From a virus, in the IMG/VR virus record IMGVR_UViG_3300047510_002037, positions 20,700-84,699 of that record: a DNA stretch of 64,000 nucleotides; one strand, written 5' to 3'. A model generated the notes under the pieces. The model was not told where the DNA came from, did not search any database, and saw only the letters and a list, made by a program, of their open reading frames with translations. Made by a program: the position numbers and the translations under genes. This document shows, piece after piece, positions 20,489 to 29,300 of this stretch. Position 1 is the stretch's first letter. Each line of letters starts with the position of its first letter.

Positions 20489-21883
20489 TTATGGATTTCC
20501 AAATGGATTTCTTTCAGAAAAGTCGATAATAGCATCACCTTCTATCTCTATATTTTTGTTATCTGCAAAAGGATCTGAAAAATCTAGTAAATCATATTTT
20601 GTTTGTGGTCTTATCATGTAAGATGCTGATGATGCAGAACCGACAATAACATCATTATTTAAAAATTCTCCAGTAAGTTGATACACTTTTAATGTATTTG
20701 TTAAAGAGTCCCAAGACTTTACTTTAGCAGTTGTGCCGCTAACTGACCCAGTTATAATTTCATTAAGTTTGTAGTTGCCAGATCCAGTCATATATGGATT
20801 TGATATTGTAATAGTTGGTGCGACAGTATATCCAATACCAGCATCAGTTATTAGAAGTTCAGTTATTGTTCCTGCAGTACTAACCACAGCTCTACCAACC
20901 GCTGTTCCAAATCCAGCTGGTGGTGCGCTAAAGGTCACTATCGGATCAACTACATATCCAGATCCAGCATTAGTTATAGTGATAATACCAACTATTCCGT
21001 CTGCAATTTCTGCGATACCTGATGCGCCACTTCCTTCTCCACCAGTAAAAGAAACTAATGGTGCTTTACTGTATCCATAACCAGTTTTAGTAAGTTCTAC
21101 TCCTTGAACTCTTAATAAGCTGGAGTCGGTCTCGCAAAAATCTGTAATACCACTTATCATAGTGGCTATTCCAGCAGATGTTCCTCCAAAAGATGGAGAT
21201 TTTGAGAAATTTACTATAGGTGCTGAAGTATAACCAGTTCCTCTGTTAGTTATAATAACTTTTCTAACACCGCCATTAACTATATTGGCGATAGCAGTTG
21301 CAGTTGATCCTGCACCAGACATAACATAAGTTCTAGTGTATCCCTCATTTACTACGTTATCATCAATCTCATCAACTCCAGTATCTAAAATTTCATTTCC
21401 ATATCTAAACAATTCGCATCTTAACTCATATACGTAATTTTTTTGTAGTTGGTAGAATGGTTTTTCGTGCTCTACAAATTTTATTTCAAATAACCTATCG
21501 CCCAATGGAAAATAAACCAAATCACCTTCTTTTGGTCTATTTGAAAGTTTTATATTTTCTTTATTCTCGATTAAAGGTTTTATATAGCTTTCATATCTTT
21601 CTTTTGATATAATTAAATTTAGATCATCTCTTGCTTCGACTCCAAATTTACTCATTAATACTCCAGCACCTTCATAACCTTCGTAAGTCTGCACATATGC
21701 TTCTATTGGATATGCATCAACAAACTCGGATTCTATTACCTCTCTTATTACAGTTTTTTCAGTAACATACATTCTTGGAATATAATAAACATCAACACCA
21801 TACATCCTCAAATGCTCATTTATCAAATCTTGCAATAGATTTTGTTCTGATTTTGAACCTTGAAGGAAAAATGGATTTAACAT
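20489..21883 (-). CDS. g14: Neck protein gp14, with inserted ITNxGxGY repeats
   Basis: LNPFFLQGS..EQ.L.QDLINE, RPKEGDLVYFP, FVEHEKPFYQL, C-terminal DFSERNPFG. Confidence 0.92.
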   Translation of the reverse strand: MLNPFFLQGSKSEQNLLQDLINEHLRMYGVDVYYIPRMYVTEKTVIREVIESEFVDAYPIEAYVQTYEGYEGAGVLMSKFGVEARDDLNLIISKERYESYIKPLIENKENIKLSNRPKEGDLVYFPLGDRLFEIKFVEHEKPFYQLQKNYVYELRCELFRYGNEILDTGVDEIDDNVVNEGYTRTYVMSGAGSTATAIANIVNGGVRKVIITNRGTGYTSAPIVNFSKSPSFGGTSAGIATMISGITDFCETDSSLLRVQGVELTKTGYGYSKAPLVSFTGGEGSGASGIAEIADGIVGIITITNAGSGYVVDPIVTFSAPPAGFGTAVGRAVVSTAGTITELLITDAGIGYTVAPTITISNPYMTGSGNYKLNEIITGSVSGTTAKVKSWDSLTNTLKVYQLTGEFLNNDVIVGSASSASYMIRPQTKYDLLDFSDPFADNKNIEIEGDAIIDFSERNPFGNP

Positions 21884-21887
21884 TTGA

Positions 21888-22706
21888 TTATCCTATCATA
21901 TCGAATGGTGGAAGTTCATAATCAGAAGACATTTTTTCCATTAGAGAATCTATTTCTCTTTGAGCATCATCGTATATTTGTCTCCCATTTAACTCTACTC
22001 CCCCAGGAAGTTTTACTCCCTGGAATTTGATTAGATTCTGTCCCCATTGACGTTTTATGAGTGAAGTTAAATATAATTTTAAAAATCTATCATTCCATAT
22101 TCTTGAAGAATTTGCCGGATCAGATACAACATAACAATCTATAACTAAGTATTTTCCTGGAGTTACTGAAGCCCAATCGATGTCCATATACAATTTTCCA
22201 AGTCTTTTATTAAATCTTATTTGCTTTTGCGTTGTTAATAGAAAGTCAATATCTTCTAAGTATGTTTTAGTCATTGCATAGGTTAGCAATTCAACTGCTC
22301 CCCAATAGTAAATATCATTTAAAAATAATTGATATTTTAAACTGAACATTCCACTAGAAACTGTATTCGATCCCTCAAAGTGAAATATTTTATTAATTCC
22401 TATTACTGATTCTGGTATAGGTAGAAAATTGGAATTTTCTTCATAATCATAATTGATAGAGTTTTGAGTAACAGTTGTAGTTGTTATTCCAGAAGTACCT
22501 CTTGCCCTATCAATATCTTGTTGGGTTATTTCATATTTTAAAAAGGTTTGTGTTACACCATCAAAGTGTCTATCCTGGAAATATTGAATAGCATCATCAA
22601 CAAGATCATCTATTTGCTCATCTGCAACGTTTATTTCCAGTACAGGAGCACCAAGTTTTCTCAAACAATAATCTATTAGTTCTTGTCTAGTTGATGGTTT
22701 TGCCAT
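21888..22706 (-). CDS. g13: Neck protein gp13
   Basis: LIDYCLRKLGAPVLEINV, KRQWGQNLIKF.GVKLPGGVELNG. Confidence 0.93.
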   Translation of the reverse strand: MAKPSTRQELIDYCLRKLGAPVLEINVADEQIDDLVDDAIQYFQDRHFDGVTQTFLKYEITQQDIDRARGTSGITTTTVTQNSINYDYEENSNFLPIPESVIGINKIFHFEGSNTVSSGMFSLKYQLFLNDIYYWGAVELLTYAMTKTYLEDIDFLLTTQKQIRFNKRLGKLYMDIDWASVTPGKYLVIDCYVVSDPANSSRIWNDRFLKLYLTSLIKRQWGQNLIKFQGVKLPGGVELNGRQIYDDAQREIDSLMEKMSSDYELPPFDMIG

Positions 22707-22876
22707 TATAGGTCTGAAATAACTTCTTGTTGTTTAAAGTATAATTTAATATAACACTTTGCAATATTTCTCAAAGTTTCAATATCATCTATACTATCTA
22801 TATCTCTAGAAAGTTTTTCGTATTCAAATGATTTAGAAAGTTTATCTAGATCAATTTTGCTTGGATCGAATTTCAT
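22706..22876 (-). CDS. Small hypothetical protein, 56 aa (not in the ORF track)
   Basis: MKFDPSKIDLDKLSKSFEYEKLSRDID...QQEVISDL*; stop overlaps the g13 start (TAATG). Confidence 0.7.
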   Translation of the reverse strand: MKFDPSKIDLDKLSKSFEYEKLSRDIDSIDDIETLRNIAKCYIKLYFKQQEVISDL

Positions 22877-23090
22877 TTAATAATCCTCTTAGTGTATCTT
22901 TCAATTCAATTATTTCTCTTTTTAAGAAGTCAACTTCACTTTGCAAATTATTCATTATAAATGTTTCATTTTCTTTTTGTCTTTTTAGTGTAATATAATT
23001 GTTATATTCAACAGAATTTGTATTTAATATTGCATTTGATGATGTATCTCTTATAAGAGATACATGACCCTCTACTTTAGCTATTTCCAT
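22851..23090 (-). CDS. Conserved hypothetical protein with coiled-coil C-terminus
   Basis: KVEGH.SL.RD..S.AILN motif; position upstream of g13. Confidence 0.7.
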   Translation of the reverse strand: MEIAKVEGHVSLIRDTSSNAILNTNSVEYNNYITLKRQKENETFIMNNLQSEVDFLKREIIELKDTLRGLLNEIRSKQN

Positions 23091-23095
23091 AGTAA

Positions 23096-25606
23096 TTATG
23101 CAAGTGCAATAACTCTAAGATCTCTTATTCTTATTGGGTATGTTTGATTTCTGGATGATCCAGTTAATTTTATACCAAAAGATCTAAATGATGGTAAATT
23201 ATTAATAGTAAATTCATAATCTCTAAATGCAAGTTCATTACTTAGGAATCCAAACACATCAGTTTTTGGAACCAAAGTATCAGAATTTCCATTACTCAAT
23301 GAATCATTGATAACACTACCATTTTGTGCAATATTTGAGTATCCTGGGAATGGATAATAGATAAACTGCTCTCCAGCATTATTTGATATTCCGTAGAAAG
23401 CTCTTAGATCGCTATCTATGTTCACATATGCAGAAACAATAATTTTAATTGAGGTAGCTGGGGATTCTAGAGTTATTGGTTTTGTAGCATAAACAAATGA
23501 ATGTGGATCATCTTTTAGTGATGCAGTTCTTTCATCTGTTGCATAATTTTCAATAGGTCTATTAATTCTATTAGTAGTCAAAATAGCTGAAACTCTATCG
23601 AGGTCAATTACTGGAGAAACAAAATTACTAGTCGATGATAAATTTAAGGACATATTTAATGATTTATTTCCCTCAATACCATCCTCTGGAAGTCTATCAA
23701 GTTCGTTTATTCTAGAAGCTACAATTCTAGGTGACTTTAGATAATTTGTATCAGTCAATGAAATTTGATCAAATCCTTGATCAACAAAGGAAATTTCAGA
23801 TCCACCAACACTTCTACCAGAATATGTTCTAAGTGCTGCACTGATTGACGTTCCATTCAAAGTCATGGTTTGAACCAACGGCCTAATAATTTCAAAATTG
23901 ATATTTTGAGTTGCTTTTATGAAAGGACCGCCACAAGACTTTGTTTGTTTAAAATGTAATTCTGGTAATGTAAGTGGAGAATTATTTCTATCAAGTCCAG
24001 ATGTATTTGTATCAATTCTTACATGATAGTAATCCAAGTCAATAGGATTGGTAACAGTAGCATCTTGCAAAGTATGAACTTTGTTAATTCTTCGAAGTGA
24101 TATTCCATTCAATTCGTACTTATAGACAACAGAACCAGCTGGATATTGATATGCTGGTGTTCCATCAATACCTCTTATGATGCCTGTTAATGTATTTCCC
24201 GAAACACCTTCATATGATAAGATTTCATCACCTATTTTAATATATCCTGGATTTGTTGAACTGACTCCAATATTTTCGAATGATGAAAATATACTAAATC
24301 CTGTATCTGGATCTGTTGCAATTCCTGTTAAAGGTATATTTTGTACTGTATCACTAGCATATCCGTTAACAAGTCTGGCGAAGGGTAAATCTGAAGTTAC
24401 ATCGGATATTCTCACCAAATTTTCTGGAGCGTGCATTCCATGATTTGGATGATTTACTTTTATATGAAGTCCATCGGATTCAATATCAATATCAGATACT
24501 CTAACGTCAGATCCGGAGTTATAATTTATAGTAGTAGTAATACCTGAGTTATTTACATACTGTAAGGTATTTCCTGCACCAACTCTAAATGTTCCTTGTA
24601 CCTGATCCACTATTAACTGATTAATTCCTGATATATTAGATACGGATAATCTCAGATTTCTTCCTAAGATAGTGCTTCCCAAAGCATTTACTGTTACTAC
24701 ATCTCCAACAGTATATCCAGACCCACCATTAACAATAGTCGCTCCAACAGCAACACCTTCTTGAATAGTTATGTTTGCGGTTGCATTTTTTCCATTCCCA
24801 GTTTCTGTTACTAATGGAACATCAAAGTACGTTAATCCGCCCAAAGATGGTGTATACCCAATACCCGAATTAACAATAGTTAAATTTCCAGAAGATGCAC
24901 CAGCTGATCCAACTAAATTTGCTGTTGCATCGGAATCTTGCTGTAATATTGTATTTCCAACCTTGATATCAGGATCAGTTACAATCCTATTTAAATTTAA
25001 TCTTAATTTCTTGGAAGTAGTCTCTAAAGAATTTTTTGATAATTGCGCTATTTGATTATTCCCAAGCGCCAACTCTGGATTATAAAAATTAACATTACCA
25101 TCATTTGTGGTAAAATTAGCTCTGTATAAATTAAACTTTAAATCTTCATATTGATTTGCCGTCCAAGTCTGACCATTTTGTGATAAAAATAGAGAACCAG
25201 AACTTGGTTGAGTACTTATTATGACCTGTTTAGATTCTTGTTGATTGATAAAGGTAACATCTGGTTCTCCAATATGTGATATCCAAACAGTATATTCGCT
25301 AGAATTTGAAGTTAAAACCAAAGCATGAAACTTATCTCCCTCAAGATATACTGGAGATGGAAAATTAACTCTTGTTGGTGCGGACGCATCTGGAGATGGA
25401 AGACATTTAGTTGGTTCTAAAACAACTTCGCTGAATGGGTAAATTTCTGGGGTTGGAAATCCAAGCTTCATAGGACGAAGTTGAACCGTAACGGGAACTT
25501 GTTTATCTATAGAATAAAAGAATATATCTACAGATGTTACGAAAATACCTGCCGGGTTTTCAACATAAAATGATTGCGCTAATGGATCTTGTATTTTTGT
25601 TGCCAT
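23096..25606 (-). CDS. C-terminal part of DUF4815/VrlC-like virion structural protein, encoded as a separate gene
   Basis: Begins with DPLAQSF...GIFVTSVDIFF, which I recall as an internal motif of the large cyanophage protein following g8; ends IRDLRVIALA; own ATAAATA promoter. Confidence 0.75.
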   Translation of the reverse strand: MATKIQDPLAQSFYVENPAGIFVTSVDIFFYSIDKQVPVTVQLRPMKLGFPTPEIYPFSEVVLEPTKCLPSPDASAPTRVNFPSPVYLEGDKFHALVLTSNSSEYTVWISHIGEPDVTFINQQESKQVIISTQPSSGSLFLSQNGQTWTANQYEDLKFNLYRANFTTNDGNVNFYNPELALGNNQIAQLSKNSLETTSKKLRLNLNRIVTDPDIKVGNTILQQDSDATANLVGSAGASSGNLTIVNSGIGYTPSLGGLTYFDVPLVTETGNGKNATANITIQEGVAVGATIVNGGSGYTVGDVVTVNALGSTILGRNLRLSVSNISGINQLIVDQVQGTFRVGAGNTLQYVNNSGITTTINYNSGSDVRVSDIDIESDGLHIKVNHPNHGMHAPENLVRISDVTSDLPFARLVNGYASDTVQNIPLTGIATDPDTGFSIFSSFENIGVSSTNPGYIKIGDEILSYEGVSGNTLTGIIRGIDGTPAYQYPAGSVVYKYELNGISLRRINKVHTLQDATVTNPIDLDYYHVRIDTNTSGLDRNNSPLTLPELHFKQTKSCGGPFIKATQNINFEIIRPLVQTMTLNGTSISAALRTYSGRSVGGSEISFVDQGFDQISLTDTNYLKSPRIVASRINELDRLPEDGIEGNKSLNMSLNLSSTSNFVSPVIDLDRVSAILTTNRINRPIENYATDERTASLKDDPHSFVYATKPITLESPATSIKIIVSAYVNIDSDLRAFYGISNNAGEQFIYYPFPGYSNIAQNGSVINDSLSNGNSDTLVPKTDVFGFLSNELAFRDYEFTINNLPSFRSFGIKLTGSSRNQTYPIRIRDLRVIALA

Positions 25607-25650
25607 TTCTAGTAATTACCCTTTCTCAAGAAAACTAAATCTTATCTTAT

Positions 25651-25657
25651 TATTTAT
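25651..25657 (-). promoter_or_regulatory. Late promoter ATAAATA for the C-terminal DUF4815 half
   Basis: Intergenic, 45 nt upstream of 25606. Confidence 0.65.
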
Positions 25658-25680
25658 TTTTCAATTCTTTTATTGTTTAT

Positions 25681-26091
25681 TTATCGGAGATTCTCAAAGT
25701 GGGATACATTTTCCTCCCCATAGTTTAAGGTTAGCTCATTATCAATATTAATATCATGAATAGCATAATGCCTCATAACCTCATTTACCTTATCAATTTC
25801 ATATTCAACATTTGGATTAAAGCTGTGATTGTACATTCCACAAAATCCCATACCGATAACATGATAATCGTCGTCAAATTTATAACTGTAATCTAAACAT
25901 ATTTGAGTGTTGGTAATTTCATCCATAGGAACTTTAAAGTATGGAAATTCTTCTATAATTTCATACTTTTTTATCGGTTCTCTAGCAAAAACTCCCCACC
26001 TATGAATTTCAGATCTTTTAATTATTAATTTATTAGCAAATAAAAGATTGTCTAAGTACAAAGATCTTGAAGATTCTAAACCCGTTCTCAT
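25681..26091 (-). CDS. SET-domain protein-lysine methyltransferase
   Basis: SEIHRWGVFAREPI (motif I), YNHSFNPN (NHS motif), ELTLNYG (ELxxxY motif). Confidence 0.88.
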   Translation of the reverse strand: MRTGLESSRSLYLDNLLFANKLIIKRSEIHRWGVFAREPIKKYEIIEEFPYFKVPMDEITNTQICLDYSYKFDDDYHVIGMGFCGMYNHSFNPNVEYEIDKVNEVMRHYAIHDINIDNELTLNYGEENVSHFENLR

Positions 26092-26110
26092 ATAAACAAC
26101 CTCACTACTC

Positions 26111-26368
26111 TCATTTTTTAGTTTTCAAGTAATCCACTTCTTGTTTCAATTCTTTTATAGCTTCAATCATAACAGGAATTAACTGTTTATAATCAACCGC
26201 CAAATAACCATTTTCTTGTTCTTCAACCATCTCAGGAAATTCTTTTTGAACTTCCTGAGCGATCACACCATATGCGTTTCCAGTTACTCCTGTTATATCT
26301 TTCATTTTATCGTTCCATTCATAATATTTCCCATTTAATTTTGCAATTTTATCAAGATAAAACCCCAT
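26111..26368 (-). CDS. Stand-alone C-terminal part of a peptidase S74 chaperone domain
   Basis: LDKIAKLNGKYYEW...GVIAQEVQKEFPEMV...VDY..LIP..IEAIKELK; lacks the SDxxLK start, which lies at the end of the upstream ORF. Confidence 0.85.
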   Translation of the reverse strand: MGFYLDKIAKLNGKYYEWNDKMKDITGVTGNAYGVIAQEVQKEFPEMVEEQENGYLAVDYKQLIPVMIEAIKELKQEVDYLKTKK

Positions 26369-29300
26369 TATTTAAATTAATACTAAACAATCTATTTAGT
26401 GCATTGTCGATGGGTTGAATGTTACTCTTGAGGTTGATATCACTCATACCCATTCCACCAGAAGGTGCGGGCGATGGACGTGGTGATGGACGTGGTGATG
26501 GACGTGGCGCTGGCGCAGGCGCTGGACGTGGTGATGGACGTGGCGCTGGCGCAGGCGCTGGACGTGGTGATGGACGTGGCGCTGGTGCTGGTTGTGGTCT
26601 TGGTGATGGACGTGGTGCTGGTGGTGGGGATGGTCTTGGTGATGGTCTTGGTTCTGGTCTTGGTTGAGGTCTTGGTTGGACAACTGGGAATCCTCTTTGT
26701 TCAAACTTAACTTCACCTCTATCAGTAACTCTCTTAGCAGCTTTTGGTGTTTGTGTAATTACAAGAGAATTTTCCTTTTTACCTGAAATTTTTCCATCGT
26801 CATTAACGTCAAATTTATCAAATTTAGGTGTTCCTGGTTTTAAAGTCTTGAGAACCTTTCCACCTGGAACTGATGAATCTTTAATTCTAAGATTACCATT
26901 TTTATCTTGAACTGTTACAACATTTGAAGTTTTCTTATCTCCACCAGTTGGTTTTGCTGGTTTGCCCCTTCCAGGAGCATTTTTTGGTGGAATTGGAACT
27001 CCTGCATCTTTGTATGCCTCTCTTGCTGCCGCTGCACCTTCTCTCTTTTTAATTTGTCTAAAATTATATTCTCTCGTTTTACCATTCTTGGTTGTAAATG
27101 GAACATAAGTAACTGCAGTAACTCCTCCTCTACTTCTTGTAACGTTCTTAACTTTAAATGTCTTTGGAGTTTCTTGTACAGGAGTTTTGTTGTGAGAGAG
27201 TAAACCTTCACAAATATAAGTGTGTGCATCATCAACTGTAATCTTAACTACATCACCATCATCAACTTGTTCAATTTCTAATAGTTTTTGTTCAGAAACT
27301 ACATCTCCAATTTGCATGTTTTTGCATTCTTTCCACAATCCATCAACATAGAATTTGTGAGAATCTGAGCAAATAATTTCACTAGTTTCAAACTTCAACT
27401 TAAATTTGGTAACATTATTCACTATTTCAACATAAGTAACCTGATAATCACCATATTCAAAAGTATTTTCATGGTAAGTTTTTACAAAATCACCAATTTG
27501 AAGTTCTCCTGCCTTCTTCTGTGTGCCGTCAGCAAGTAGAATTAGGCAATTTGGATCTGGACATGGCGGTGGTGGATCTCTCTTTGGATCATTAGGACTC
27601 ACTGGAGTTGCGGTTGACCCGCGAGGTGTCGGATCCGATGGTGATGGTTCTCTAGTTGGATAAACTGCAGGTGGTGGTGCAGGTTCTGGATCATTAATAA
27701 TAGTATTAATAATTTCATCAATTTCATCAGGATCAACTTCACCACCATCATAAGGAGCTGGTATAAAAATTGGAACGACTTGAGGAGGTGGTGGTTTTAT
27801 GTTTCCAACAACTGTACTTGCTACAACCTCTGGTGGTCCAACAGAAACATCAGTTCTAGTATCAACAATTGTTGCGGTTTCAGTCTGTACATTTCTAACA
27901 GACAAAACACTTTCTTGAACTACTTTTACTGTTCCTTCAGCATAGAATTTTTCTTCTGCACCAGTTACTGGAACTCCAATAACAGTAACATTTTTCTCTT
28001 GACTAGTTATTCTAAAAAGTTTTGTTCCAGTTTCGAAAGTTGGATTAGATGGTACGTTTGGATTTGGAATAAAGAATGAACCAATAAGAGTACCGTTTCT
28101 ATCAGTAACCATTCTAATTCTAGAAACAGTAGCTACCGCTTTACTAGTTTCTCCTACTAAAGTCATTCCAACAGTAACATATCCATAATAATCACCTTGA
28201 GTTTTATTTGATAAACTGAATGTATCTACGTTTAATATTGTTGAAGATGAAGAATATGTATCAGGAACCAGTGTAGATGTATTATATGGATTTGTTATAA
28301 AAATATCTTCCGGGACATTATATGGACCATATTTGTGTGCAGCTGCTGCAACTCTAAATCTAATAAATTTATCTTCAAGCGGAGTAATACCATTTCCACT
28401 TTGAATTGGTGATGTGTTTAATGTCTTAACATTTTCTCCAACTTGGAACACTCCACTAACCATTTGAATTTCTAATAACTTTGGTACAATGTAACGATTA
28501 ACATCTACCTTATCAAAAAATGCATATACTTCAGTAAGTGGTTTTAATCTCTTAGCAGTAAATTCTATATTTCTTGATCTCATTGCTGGGATAAGATCTG
28601 AACTTACAGTCACTTCTCCTACTTTGATACTTTCAAAGCTCTCTCTTTCTTTATATGCAACTCCAGTTTTTGTTGAAGTTCCGGTCTTTTGTGTTACTGC
28701 TAAATCTTCTCTGATTAAATCATAACCATTAACTACTGTTCTTGAACCAGCTGGAATTTTTGTGGATCCAGTCCATACAGTCTCCCATGCTCCCCAAGTC
28801 ACGGGACCAAATCCAGTTTGTTGATTGAATTGTGACGCTGTTAGCTGAGACTGAGTTTTTGTATATTTTCCTTGAACATCAATTACTCTAGGAGTTAATT
28901 TAACTTGATCTGCCCAAACATCAGAAGATGGAACTAATTGTATACTTCCCGCATAATACGCATTTCTAAATGATGTTACTGGAGCAACTCTACTTGCATA
29001 TCCTTGAGTTATATAAGCAACTTCTTCATACTGCAAAGTTACTAATTGTCCAGTTCTCTTAACACCTCTACCAATTAGATTTTGATCAAAACGTAAATCT
29101 GAAGTTTGTGCTGGAGAAGTGCTAATTCCTAGTGTATTTTCAGTACCAAGAACTAAATCTATCTGGGTAGTGAATGGTGCTGGTCTTAACTCTCCAAGTT
29201 TTGTATCTATACTATTTTTTACATCAGTCACTTTTAATTGTGGTTCAGCTGATGAAAAGTCATCAACAAAGAAACCAGACTTAAAGCGATTTAATCCATT

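Noticed and set aside
20775-21320. Repeat insertion in gp14 as a novelty
   Set aside because: ITNxGxGY repeat modules are common in cyanophage structural proteins and also occur here in gp7 and gp8.
26419-26716. Alternative-frame ORFs (His/Gln-rich, GDGR-rich, VMDV-rich)
   Set aside because: Artefacts of the stop-free GC-rich tandem repeat inside the Pro-Arg coding region.
27189-27563. Canonical splicing intein or mobile element
   Set aside because: No homing endonuclease, and the +1 residue is Lys. Kept as a cleavage-type Hint domain.
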